Source: Macrostomum lignano
Taxonomy: Eukaryota
DNA length: 64,000 nucleotides
Assembly (NCBI GenBank): GCA_002269645.1
Contig: NIVC01000421.1
Coordinates: 552,227 to 616,226 of the forward strand
Reading direction: 5' to 3'
Made by a program: the position numbers and the translations under genes. Every line of letters begins with the position of its first letter. Position 1 is the first letter of the stretch. The notes beneath the pieces are model-generated. The model had not been told where the DNA came from, searched no databases, and saw only the letters and a program-made list of their open reading frames with translations. This document shows positions 1-12,558 of the stretch, in pieces.

Positions 1-381
1 ACGGCTGCAAAAGCAGCAACAGCAGAAAAAATGTTACTCATTGGCAGAACAGTTGGCTATAATACCAAGAGGCGTCAGTGGCGCTTTTGCAGAAGGCTTC
101 ACCAACAAGATGGTACCATTGCACAAATTCTGTTACGAACATTTCATTGGTGGCAATCTTACCACGTGTTGGCTTGCTTTAGTCTGCACAGCTGGTCATG
201 GGCATTCACTTGGGAGCATGTAAATTTCACTCATTACTAATGAGCATTCAAAAACAGTTACAACCCTCCTCTTTTTGCAACCGGGCTTGGGACTGGCTTT
301 GGCAGAGTTAAAGCCATCACAAGAGACTATCTGGGGTTTGCAAAGGCTGCTTCAAACCCCCTCTGGCTGCATTTGCATGTA

Positions 382-3300
382 CGAGGGCCATTCCAAAAGT
401 TCATGCAATCAGACATTCTTTATTACAACAAAAAGCTGCTAATTTGGGCTTCTATCACTGCACTACGAGACTCTCTGACCGAACCCTTTAATTGGAACAT
501 TAATTGATTGAATTTTCCTATTGCTTGGAAAAAGACTCTAATTGAGCTTCTATCACCGCAGTATCAAGACTGTCTCTGGCCGAACCCTTTAATTGGAACA
601 TTAATTGATTGAATTTTCCTATTGCTTGGAAAAGGACTCTAATTGAGCTTCTATCACCGCAGTATCAAGACTGTCTCTGGCCGAACCCTTCAATTAGAAC
701 ATTAATTGATTGAATTTTCCTATTGCTTGGAAAAGGACTCTAATTGAGCTTCTATCACCGCAGTATCAAGACTGTCTCTGGCCGAACCCTTTAATTGGAA
801 CATTAATTGATTGAATTTTCCTATTGCTTGGAAAAGGACTCTAATTGAGCTTCTATCACCGCAGTATCAAGACTGTCTCTGACCGAACCCTTTAATTGGA
901 ACATTAATTGATTGAATTTTCCTATTGCTTGGAAAAGGACTCTAATTGAGCTTCTATCACCGCAGTATCAAGACTGTCTCTGACCGAACCCTTTAATTGG
1001 AACATTAATTGATTGAATTTTCCTATTGCTTGGAAAAGGACTCTAATTGAGCTTCTATCACCGCAGTATCAAGACTGTCTCTGGCCGAACCCTTCAATTA
1101 GAACATTAATTGATTGAATTTTCCTATTGCTTGGAAAAGGACTCTAATTGAGCTTCTATCACCGCAGTATCAAGACTGTCTCTGGCCGAACCCTTCAATT
1201 GGAACATTAATTGATTGAATTTTCCTATTGCTTGGAAAAAGACTCTAATTGAGCTTCTATCACCGCAATATCAAGACTGTCTCTGGCCGAACCCTTCAAT
1301 TGGAACATTAATTGATTGAATTTTCCTATTGCTTGGAAAAGGACTCTAATTGAGCTTCTATCACCGCAGTATCAAGACTGTCTCTGACCGAACCCTTTAA
1401 TTGGAACATTAATTGATTGAATTTTCCTATTGCTTGGAAAAGGACTCTAATTGAGCTTCTATCACTGCAGTATCAAGACTGTCTCTGGCCGAACCCTTTA
1501 ATTGGAACATTAATTGATTGAATTTTCCTATTGCTTGGAAAAGGACTCTAATTGAGCTTCTATCACCGCAGTATCAAGACTGTCTCTGGCCGAACCCTTC
1601 AATTGGAACATTAATTGATTGAATTTTCCTATTGCTTGGAAAAGGACTCTAATTGAGCTTCTATCACCGCAGTATCAAGACTGTCTCTGGCCGAACCCTT
1701 CAATTGGAACATTAATTGATTGAATTTTCCTATTGCTTGGAAAAGGACTCTAATTGAGCTTCTATCACCGCAGTATCAAGACTGTCTCTGACCGAACCCT
1801 TTAATTGGAACATTAATTGATTGAATTTTCCTATTGCTTGGAAAAAGACTCTAATTGAGCTTCTATCACCGCAGTATCAAGACTGTCTCTGGCCGAACCC
1901 TTCAATTGGAACATTAATTGATTGAATTTTCCTATTGCTTGGAAAAGGACTCTAATTGAGCTTCTATCACCGCAGTATCAAGACTGTCTCTGGCCGAACC
2001 CTTTAATTGGAACATTAATTGATTGAATTTTCCTATTGCTTGGAAAAGGACTCTAATTGAGCTTCTATCACCGCAGTATCAAGACTGTCTCTGGCCGAAC
2101 CCTTTAATTGGAACATTAATTGATTGAATTTTCCTATTGCTTGGAAAAGGACTCTAATTGAGCTTCTATCACCGCAGTATCAAGACTGTCTCTGGCCGAA
2201 CCCTTTAATTGGAACATTAATTGATTGAATTTTCCTATTGCTTGGAAAAGGACTCTAATTGAGCTTCTATCACCGCAGTATCAAGACTGTCTCTGGCCGA
2301 ACCCTTTAATTGGAACATTAATTGATTGAATTTTCCTATTGCTTGGAAAAAGACTCTAATTGAGCTTCTATCACCGCAGTATCAAGACTGTCTCTGGCCG
2401 AACCCTTCAATTGGAACATTAATTGATTGAATTTTCCTATTGCTTGGAAAAGAACTCTAATTGAGCTTCTATCACCGCAGTATCAAGACTGTCTCTGGCC
2501 GAACCCTTCAATTGGAACATTAATTGATTGAATTTTCCTATTGCTTGGAAAAAGACTCTAATTGAGCTTCTATCACCGCAGTATCAAGACTGTCTCTGGC
2601 CGAACCCTTTAATTGGAACATTAATTGATTGAATTTTCCTATTGCTTGGAAAAAGACTCTAATTGAGCTTCTATCACCGCAGTATCAAGACTGTCTCTGA
2701 CCGAACCCTTAAATTGGAACATTAATTGATTGAATTTTCCTATCGCTTGGAAAAGGACTCTAATTGAGCTTCTATCACCGCAGTATCAAGACTGTCTCTG
2801 ACCGAACCCTTCAATTGGAACATTAATTGATTGAATTTTCCTATCGCTTGGAAAAGGACTCTAATTGAGCTTCTATCACCGCAGTATCAAGACTCTGTCT
2901 GACCGAACCCTTTAATTGGAACATTAATTGATTGAATTTTCCTATTGCTTGGAAAAGGACTCTAATTGAGCTTCTATCACCGCAGTATCAAGACTGTCTC
3001 TGGCCGAACCCTTCAATTGGAACATTAATTGATTGAATTTTCCTATTGCTTGGAAAAGGACTCTAATTGAGCTTCTATCACCGCAGTATCAAGACTGTCT
3101 CTGGCCGAACCCTTCAATTGGAACATTAATTGATTGAATTTTCCTATTGCTTGGAAAAAGACTCTAATTGAGCTTCTATCACCGCAGTATCAAGACTGTC
3201 TCTGACCGAACCCTTTAATTGGAACATTAATTGATTGAATTTTCCTATTGCTTGGAAAAGGACTCTAATTGAGCTTCTATCACCGCAGTATCAAGACTGT

Positions 3301-3610
3301 CTCTGACCGAACCCTTCAATTGGAACATTAATTGATTGAATTTTCCTATCGCTTGGAAAAGGACTCTAATTGAGCTTCTATCACCGCAGTATCAAGACTG
3401 TCTCTGACCGAACCCTTCAATTGGAACATTAATTGATTGAATTTTCCTATCGCTTGGAAAAGGACTCTAACAAACTCCACAAATTAGCACGAAAGTCAAC
3501 TTCTAATCAACGGGCATGCATTAATGCAAATTACGTCCAGGAACTTAATCTGCACAAGTGCACCGGCAACTGGAATAAGCAAATGGCATGAACTTCTGGA
3601 TTGAACCACG
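382..3610. mobile_element. Non-autonomous Tc1/mariner-type element (MITE-like) with TA target-site duplication, interior expanded by a satellite
   Basis: Left end CGAGGGCCATTCCAAAAGTTCATGC (382-406) and right end GCATGAACTTCTGGATTGAACCACG (3586-3610) are inverted repeats matching at 20/25 positions. TA flanks both ends (380-381, 3611-3612). The TIR resembles irritans-type mariner ends (CGAGGG..TTC.AAAAGTTCATG, recalled from Hsmar2). No transposase ORF inside. Confidence 0.7.
447..3470. repeat. 101-bp tandem satellite, about 30 copies
   Basis: Unit ccgaaccctttaattggaacattaattgattgaattttcctattgcttggaaaaggactctaattgagcttctatcaccgcagtatcaagactgtctctgg recurs every 101 bp (gaaccc at 481, 582, 683...) with only scattered substitutions. 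Confidence 0.97.
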
Positions 3611-4799
3611 TATTAGAGTGGAAGAAATCTACCAGGGACATACAAAAGCAGCGAAATGTCCATTTCAACCAACTCTCCGTCAGGCCCAGCACGTCTGCAG
3701 CCAGCCTGCTATCAACATTGACAATGGCAAAAATATCTCTTGTATTAATTTAATAATTCATCCTTAATATTGCTCTAACAAAGATAGACCAGAAGCTAGT
3801 AATTTCTTTTCTGGAATCTAAACGCAAAAATTAAACTGTATCATATCTTTCCTAAGGTATCGATTTCTTAGAATCCCATTAAAGAACTTCTTAGAATGCC
3901 ATTAGATAGGATGCCTGCTATTGGGGAACCCACCAAGTCATATTTTACTTAGCCAAAATTGCAATCAAGTTTTCGGTCCACTTTCCTTATCGACCATCTT
4001 ATTGCGCATTATGCCATAAGATGAAATTACGAGTATTAGAATGCTATTACATGAGCACCTTAGAATTCCAGTATAGATACAATTCTTAGACTGTCATTAG
4101 ATGAGATTCTGATGAGATGACAGATAAGTTAGAATGCCTGCTTGTTTTGGGGGATGCCTGCCTTGTCTGCTGCCTGTTGTGTCACAAATTTTCCTTACGC
4201 ACCCAATTTAAAGGTCATATTCATGCCAATGCCAATGCAGCAGGAATTTTAGCATGTAGGGCCAAGGTAGCAATTATTTTTCCATGCTAAAATTTTACTT
4301 GTGATGGCTTTTCAACACATGTGCTTCAAAAACTCACTGATTTCTTCAACTGCTAGAGAAATCTTCGCATAACATTCTGCTTGTTTCATCCGCCTGCGCA
4401 CTCAGTCGATTCGTGTTGACTCGAGTTGGCTCTCACCAGACGGCACCAGTCTGTATAGTTTCTGTTGAACGTTAAATTCAATGAACAAAAGTTTACAGGT
4501 CTGCATCAGGAGTGACAAAATAGATATACGATTATGGAATGGGTCACGAATAATAAAATAGATCAGAGATTACAAAAATAGATCATGGTTCACACAATGG
4601 TCAGAAAAGAAAGAATGGGTCTGAAAATATCCTTTCATTATTTCCCACTTACAGTACACTTTTGGCATTTGCACTTTCAAGTCCCCGTTGTCACTGCCAT
4701 GGTACAACATAGTAATCACCATCACCACGTCTAGTTTCACTACATTATGGCTTGAGCAAAACATGCAAACATGTGTACATCATCAACTCACGCATATGC

Positions 4800-6478
4800 C
4801 TAGTCTCCTGTAAGCACTTCAGGGTAAACCACGTTCCTAGTCTTGGTTCCGAAAATTCGCACACGGACATTAGCCGCGTTCTTCGCTCGTGACAGAGCCG
4901 TGTACAGCTGGCCATGAGTGAAGCAACCGACTGCCAGGTCCACGCCAACTGTGTCCAGAGACTGTCCCTGCGACTTGTGGATCGTCAGGCAAAAACTCGG
5001 CTTCACAGGGAACTGCAGCCGCTTAAAACTGACGGGCAGGTCCGCATTGCTTGGAATCAGCGGAATTCGCGGCAGAAGAATCTCGTCTCCCGTGAACTGG
5101 CCGGCGGCAATCTTGCATCTAAGCACGTTATCGCCCATTGCGAGTATGATCAGCCGCGTACCATTGCACATCCGTGGCGGGTTGATGTTCCTGAGAAGCA
5201 CCACCGGCATACCGACTTTCAGCCTCAGCAAGTGAATCGGAAAGTTTGGAGCATCCAGCTGGTTGAGCAACTCAGGCGGGAAGTGCGTAGCGGCATCCTC
5301 ATCGGCCACGCTGTCTATCGAGCGGTACTCCCGCAGGCTGCCGGGGAACATGCCCAGGCACGTCTCATTAATGGCATCGACAGAGTCGTTGTAAGGCGCC
5401 AGGATCGCTCGGCTTGCAAAATAGCCGTCTCTCTCCACTGACTCCTCAAACGATGGGTAAACAAAATTGATTAGATCAGTGAGTGGCCCCTCCGCAGATA
5501 TCACGATCTCGACTGGGAGGGACACTTTCTCCTCCACATCCTGCTCCATTGTTCCAGATCCGATCTGTGAGGAGTGAAACAGTCAGTCAAAAGCTAGCCA
5601 GACTTTTAGGTTAGACATTCTGAATAAAGCACAATAAAAGCATTTTGCATTTTTTTCACAAAAACCCGCCCTTTAAATTTAACACCCGGAATTATTAAAT
5701 ATTTAAGTCAACAAAGACCAAACTTACCTGCTTGAGTAGCTCGGTGTACTTCACATATGTTGCAGAATCGGAACTGCTCAGCAATCGGATGTTTCTCGTC
5801 AGACGATGCCGCCGGAAAAATTTCCACAGCGGGGATCTACTAACACACGCCATAACGTTATTCGCACGCGTCCCATTCAAAACAACTGGCAAGAGCTGGC
5901 GATAGTCACCAGCGCAAACAAACACCAGTCCGCCGAATGGCACGTCCTGCTTTCGCACGTCTCGCAAGCACCGGTCGACTACCTCCAAATCCTTCCGGTT
6001 AGTCATGGAAATCTCGTCCCAGACAATTAGACGCGCTGTCCGAAACACGGCGGCTTGTTTGGACTGCACTCCAACAGAGCAGACGTCCTTGTTAGAGCGG
6101 ACCGCCCGGATAGGGATCTTGAACCTGTCATGAACAGTTGGTTTCGGCGCAATCATGTACAGCGGAACAATGCGGCTTAGTCAGATAGTAAGCAACTCAC
6201 GTGGAATGCGCAGTCTGTCCACCTGGCAACAGAGTCGCTGCGATTCCAGAAGCCGCAACGGCGAGGGCGACTTCCCCCGGCTGCGCACGAAGGCCAGCAA
6301 AACCTCCAGTAGGAAGGTCTTGCCAGTGCCAGCGGGCGCGTCCAGGAAGTGCAAGCCGCCGTTGCCGCTCACAAGATCCTGAGTCACTGACTCGTACACC
6401 GCTTTCTGCTCGTCTGTCAGCATTGGTAAGCGCGCCTCAGTAATCTGCGCTTGCTCGACCGCATCGAACTCGACCGCT
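4800..6478 (-). CDS. Helitron PIF1-family (SF1B) helicase exons
   Basis: Walker A DAPAGTGKT; VALAVAASGIAATLLPGGQTAHST|FKIP; LIVWDEISM; GDYRQLLPV; MCNGTRL; RLQFPVKPSFCLTIHKSQGQSL; HGQLYTALSR; NVVYPEVL before the stop at 4800. Introns at 6125-6200 and 5565-5727. Confidence 0.93.
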
Positions 6479-6567
6479 TAAGTACGCCAGACGCCTACAC
6501 AACCTGCGCCACGCTGTGAAATGACTTACCTGTGAAAGAAACCCTAAAGCAAAATTAACGCAGTTTT

Positions 6568-6638
6568 GGGTAAACGGCAGGAGTAACTATGACTGTCTTA
6601 TCAAGCCTAAATGCCTCGGCATCTAATTAGTACCGCGC
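6568..6638 (+). rRNA. Short diverged 28S rRNA fragment (R2/I-PpoI target region), not a functional rRNA gene
   Basis: gggtaaacggcaggagtaactatgactgtcttatcaagcctaaatgcctcggcatctaattagtaccgcgc aligns by eye to the conserved eukaryotic 28S sequence GGGTAAACGGCGGGAGTAACTATGACTCTCTTAAGGTAGCCAAATGCCTCGTCATCTAATTAGTGACGCGC. Confidence 0.8.
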
Positions 6639-6724
6639 CGCGCCGTACTAATCGCCGCTCGCCGTACGCGCCGCGCCGCGCCGTATTAGATCCGCGCCGG
6701 ACGCCGTCCGCCAAAATGCCCATG

Positions 6725-9700
6725 CGCTGCAATCAACTGCATCGGTCCAACTTGAGGCATCGCGGATGCCGCAGGCAGGCCGTAATCTGGCAGGTTGTTC
6801 CCGCCCATGGAGGTCAGCATGCTCTGCAGCTCGCGCAGCGCCAGGTCAGTAATCTCCTCGGTGCTCAAGTCTCGGTGATGAAACCGCAGGTCCTCGCACA
6901 TATCCTCGGCAAAGCTGCACCAGAGGTCGTTGCCATCATCAGGGTCACCCCATATGAGAATGACAGCCAGAAGATGTCTCAGGGCTCTTGGCATTCTTGA
7001 CTGAACGGCCTCAGCTAGGCACCGCCGCCAGTGGTCATCTCGCTGCAGCAGGCCGAGGGCCATGCAAGCATCCTTGGCGCTCGGGTGCACAACGCCATCC
7101 ACAGTCTGCAGCGCCTCAAAGCTGGTTGGTCCCCTAACCTGCAAAAGGAGCATGCGAACATAAAATAAATCACCAGTTCTTGGGCTCACCGTGTACATGC
7201 GTGCAACGTTTGTGTTCCGCACTACACCCGGGTGGCCATCGACTTTCGCGCCTCGCTTCGCTCGCCGCCACACTCTTTCACTGGCATGCCAAACGAAGTA
7301 GGACGGCACCTCCGTGTAGAGCAAGGACCGAGCAAACTCGTCAGTACGGCACAGCTTGAAAAATGCCGTCAACGTAGAGTCCCTCGGCGTCCTGGCTCTA
7401 GCACTTGCGGTCTGCTCGTTGAAATACACGAGCTGCTCCTCCGACTTGTGAACGCAGAGCCGGATGACCGCCGGAAATCTGTCGTGCACCTGATCAGAAG
7501 GTGGGAGAAATAAATACCTTTAAAGTTGTTGCTGACTTCTAAAGCTCACGGCTTTGCAATATTTAAAATTTAAAATACTTATTACTTCAAAGCCCAAAAT
7601 GGTATTCACGGCTTCCATTGGGCCAATGTAGCGCGCAGACAGATACTCCTTGATTTCATCACGCGGCCTCTCTCCATCGTTTGCCGCTACCGTTTGTGCC
7701 GGCTGTTGGCTACCCACAGCCTGCTCTCTCGGATCAGTTGAATTCTTATTGGCGTCGACTTTGAACGTCGCCATGTCGCCGCCCTTCAGCAAGTACTTGA
7801 TCACGTACTTGACCGATTTCACAGTGGCACAAACTTCAACGTTCATGTGGCACGCAAACTGGAGCAACAGGTCAGGGCTGTACGGAACAACCCACCTATA
7901 TTTTTATTAAAAAAAGAATGTCATTAACTTTTAAAAATACAAAAGCAGAAAAGTACAATTAGGCAATATCATTTCAACTCGCCTGTTGTCCATGCGAATG
8001 CTGCGGCCTTTGAACAGTTTGTCCACCGTAAATCCGCCCATCTCAGGCGAGCGTCTGCGATACAAAGGGTAGCCAGTATCGCTGGTCAGCGTCACCTGCT
8101 GGAACTCCTTCGGAAAGCCCTTGCTGCATTCGCCATTCTCCATGCAAGGGCACGCCGGATTCTCCTTGCCGCAGGGGCCATGGATCATGTGCGTCTTCAC
8201 CAGCTCATACAGCACAGGCTGCTGTCGTGGGTCCGGAATCTCAGCAGACATGATGTCATCGTATCGGTCCGGAGTCACCCGCTGGCCACTCGCGAGCCAC
8301 AGCAGAAAGTGCACATGGGGGAGACCTGAATTATTAAAAAAATATCGAAACATTTTTCAATCCAGTTATCCAATTTGTATCGAATTTGCATCACACAAAC
8401 CATGCCTATATTTAGTATTTTTGTAACGATATAAATATTATAAAACTTAACACTCAGAGTTGTACTCACCACGCTTTTGGTACTCTAGCGAGCAGACGTG
8501 CGCGGCCTCTTTCCCATAGCGCTTCGTTAGCTGAGCCAGCAGAGCTTTCTTCTTCATTTCAAAGACTCGGCTAACAATGTCCGGCCGGTGTTCAGCCCGC
8601 TGTCCAGGCAGCAGCTGAGCGCTAATCTCCGGCCAATTCGGATTGCATGTTGCCGTGACAAACAGGTCCGGCTTACCAAACTTGTGAACATAGGTCATAG
8701 CGTCCTGAAGCCTCTCCATCAGGTACCTTGGCCCGCCAACGAAGCTTGAGGACAGAAGCACATGTGCGGGCTTGCCTATGTCACTCGGATCTCTGTCGGT
8801 AGACCTGCCATCGGCTGCAAACAGAGCGTCCCGCAGACCGCTATACGTCTCGCTGCGCAGGTCCTGCTGATGGGTCCGCAAATACAGCAACCTCTCTGCC
8901 TCAATCTTCGCACACATGTCCACCAGGTACTGTTGAAATAATCTTCGGCCATAGTGCAGCACACTGAACTGGCCCGCTCGCACCATGATTTCGCTTGCAT
9001 AGTATTTCATGGGGGTCAATTTCTTGTCATTACTCATCCGCAACTCTGGGTGCCAGCCGTCCTCGCCATTCGGGAACAGCAGCACATACTCCAGCGGGTC
9101 ATATGAGCGGTGCGTCTCACTGATTCGCTGAGAACCGCCCCCACGCAGTTGAATCACGACGTCCCGACTGGCCGGTGCGTCCTCATTGTCCTCAACGATC
9201 AGGATACCGACCTCGTTTGCCGTAGGCAAGTTGTAGCGCCTGATTTTAACGGAGTTCATGGGATACAACTTCTGTAGAAACTGAATCACTTGTTACGCTT
9301 ATTTTACTTCTGCTTTCGTTTACATTTTTAAGTTTCGTTATAACAAACACACTAACTTACCGAATGTGTTCCCCAGATGGTCGACGGTCAGGGTGAATCA
9401 CAATTCGCGCATCTCCCAGCTCTGGGTCTTGGCTAATTCGCTCAGCAGCAGCCTTCAGGCTGCGGACATAGCCATTGCACTCGTGAAGCAGCGTCTGCAG
9501 CAGCTCCAGTAGCTCCGGTTTTACCTTCTGGCTGAGACTCTGGCGGCTTTCGAGTTCGCGATCGTTGAAGTACACCTGCCATCCCTGAGCTTCAGCCGAA
9601 GCCTCTGCAAACAGCGGCGCCGTGCGATGATGCATCTGGCCGCTGATGATGAAGCTGGGACACCAGCCTGGCACCAACCGCAGTTTGGCACCCAGCGATG

Positions 9701-9945
9701 TCAGGTGCAGCGCCGAGTTGTAGCTCCTGATGTTGGCCAGGAACGCGGCACTCAATCTGTGCCGCCCCATGTACAGATCCGCCAGCACTTGCGGCACGGT
9801 GCGGCTGGGCAGCTTCACCTTGCCTTTGGCGCAGCAGAAATTCCTGGTCTCCGCGCGCCAGAGTAGAGCACCACATTCCTGGCATGCCCTGTTCATTGGG
9901 CCGCAATCATGGGCCGGGGCCTCTGGCCTCGGTATTCTGTCAGAC
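6725..9945 (-). CDS. Helitron Zn-finger and HUH Rep domain exons
   Basis: CQECGALLW...CCAKGKV zinc module; GKPDLFVTATCNPNWPEI (motif 1); EYQKR|GLPHVH (HUH motif 2, split by an intron); HGPCG; YPLYRRR; DNR|WVVPY; SVKYVIKYLLKG (catalytic Tyr motif 3); DEIKEYLSARYI. Confidence 0.93.
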
Positions 9946-10074
9946 CTGTGATTGAGTTATATGCATGCACAAATAGTTACTATAATATAGACTGCCAAAA
10001 TTTATGAAATGTACAGTGTAAATATAAAAACTAAAATATAAAAATTACACTGACCAGCAGCACAAAAAGCCTAC

Positions 10075-10635
10075 CTATTTTGAGCAGATTCTGCATCAGA
10101 ATGACCTGTACCAAAATGACCTGAATCGGAAAGATCTGCCCTCTGCTCCGTTAAACTCGGCGCTTCTGCATCTGCAACGGGCTCAGAAACTGGCAGTGGA
10201 TCAGTCACGCGCAACGACTCATAGTGTTCATGGCGTAAAAGGATACGCACAATTGCAGTGGGTGGCTGCACAGTGGACATGCAGTACTGCAATACACTGC
10301 CATTTGCCTGATAAATAACCAGGTCAACATTGAAAAAACGGCTTAAAAGTGGCACGACCTCATCAGGAACATAGGTGCCCTCAGAAAAAGACTCATTAAT
10401 AATGGAATCAGCATTATCCGGCAAAACAAAGCCTTCGTCAATTAATTCGGGCATTACCTGCACTGCACGACATGTCAGTTCATGCCTCAAAGACGCTGCA
10501 TTGGTCTCAAGCGGAGTGCCCTGCAACTGGTCACATACTGCATGAAAAAAGCAATTTCCATCACCAGGGATTGGAACAACACTTAGCGTATTGAATGGTA
10601 CCACAGCTGGTGTGGCCAACTCACTATTGTCAAAC
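10075..10635 (-). CDS. OTU-like cysteine protease exon of the Helitron ORF
   Basis: IPGDGNCFFHAV (Asp/Cys box) and LLRHEHYESL (His box). The exon is bounded by ttcag and gtagg and is in frame with both neighbouring exons. Confidence 0.85.
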
Positions 10636-10799
10636 CTGAAAGATTGAAGTTATACTTTAGACTCTGAAAAACTCATTCCCACTGATACAGATTCCTAGAG
10701 AGTCAACAAAAAGTCAATTCTCACAAATGCAGACCCTTACAAACATTCCTCCACATACAGTTTCTTACAGTGGTTTCTTAGAAATTCTGATTCTTAGCA

Positions 10800-12420
10800 C
10801 AAATCCTACAAATAAAGATTCTTAAAAACGTATCCTAGAAATGCAGTTTCTTATATAAACACAGTCCTACAAATAAAGATTCTTAGAAACGTTTCCTAGA
10901 AAAGCAGTTTCTTATATAAACACAGTCCTACAAATAAAGATTCTTAGAAACGTTTCCTAGAAATGCAGTTTCTTATATAAACACAGTCCTACAAATAAAG
11001 ATTCTTAGAAACGTTTCCTAGAAAAGCAGTTTCTTATATAAACACAGTCCTACAAATAAAGATTCTTAGAAACGTTTCCTAGAAAAGCAGTTTCTTATAT
11101 AAACACAGTCCTACAAATAAAGATTCTTAGAAACGTTTCCTAGAAAAGCAGTTTCTTATATAAACACAGTCCTACAAATAAAGATTCTTAGAAACGTTTC
11201 CTAGAAAAGCAGTTTCTTATATAAACACAGTCCTACAAATAAAGATTCTTAGAAACGTTTCCTAGAAATGCAGTTTCTTATGTAAACACAGTCCTACAAA
11301 TAAAGATTCTTAGAAACGTTTCCTAGAAATGCAGTTTCTTATATAAACACAGTCCTACAAATAAAGATTCTTAGAAACGTTTCCTAGAAATGCAGTTTCT
11401 TATATAAACACAGTCCTACAAATAAAGATTCTTAGAAACGTTTCCTAGAAAAGCAGTTTTTTATATAAACACAGTCCTACAAATAAAGATTCTTAGAAAC
11501 GTTTCCTAGAAATGCAGTTTCTTATATAAACACAGTCCTACAAATAAAGATTCTTAGAAACGTTTCCTAGAAAAGCAGTTTCTTATATAAACACAGTCCT
11601 ACAAATAAAGATTCTTAGAAACGTTTCCTAGAAATGCAGTTTCTTATATAAACACAGTCCTACAAATAAAGATTCTTAGAAACGTTTCCTAGAAATGCAG
11701 TTTCTTATATAAACACAGTCCTACAAATAAAGATTCTTAGAAACGTTTCCTAGAAATGCAGTTTCTTATGTAAACACAGTCCTACAAATAAAGATTCTTA
11801 GAAACGTTTCCTAGAAATGCAGTTTCTTATATAAACACAGTCCTACAAATAAAAAATTCTTAGAAACGTTTCCTAGAAAAGCAGTTTCTTATATAAACAT
11901 AGTCCTACAAATAAAGATTCTTAGAAACGTTTCCTAGAAATGCAGTTTCTTATATAAACACAGTCCTACAAATAAAGATTCTTAGAAACGTTTCCTAGAA
12001 ATGCAGTTTCTTATATAAACACAGTCCTACAAATAAAGATTCTTAGAAACGTTTCCTAGAAATGCAGTTTCTTATATAAACACAGTCCTACAAATAAAGA
12101 TTCTTAGAAACGTTTCCTAGAAAAGCAGTTTCTTATATAAACACAGTCCTACAAATAAAGATTCTTAGAAACGTTTCCTAGAAATGCAGTTTCTTATGTA
12201 AACACAGTCCTACAAATAAAGATTCTTAGAAACGTTTCCTAGAAATGCATTTTTTCTTATATAAACACAGTCCTACAAATAAAGATTCTTAGAAACGTTT
12301 CCTAGAAATGCAGTTTCTTATGTAAACACAGTCCTACAAATAAAGATTCTTAGAAACGTTTCCTAGACATGCAGTTTCTTACAAACACATTCCTACAAAC
12401 AAAGATTCTTAGAAAGTTTC
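10800..12420. repeat. 61-bp tandem repeat, about 26 copies, inside Helitron intron 1
   Basis: Unit aaacacagtcctacaaataaagattcttagaaacgtttcctagaaatgcagtttcttatat, period 61, containing the palindrome gaaacgtttc. Confidence 0.95.
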
Positions 12421-12558
12421 TTAGAAAAACATTCCTACAAATACAGACTTTTAGATTCGTTTCTTAGAAATACAGTTCATCTCTACAAATAAACATTTTT
12501 TGAAACGTTTCTTAGACTTAGATATACAGATACAGTCAAATTAAAATGTTCATCTCAC

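Noticed and set aside
31-240. WEHVNF resemblance to the Tn3 transposase C-terminus
   Set aside because: The motif is only six residues and has no other supporting similarity.
447-3470. CRISPR-like array
   Set aside because: The units are contiguous and near-identical with no unique spacers, there are no cas genes, and the context is eukaryotic. The same applies to all other arrays in the window.
3620-4800. Helitron 3' terminus (hairpin plus CTRR followed by T)
   Set aside because: The CTAG sites at ~3795, ~4352 and ~4732 lack the right flank or a convincing hairpin, so the termini are left undefined.
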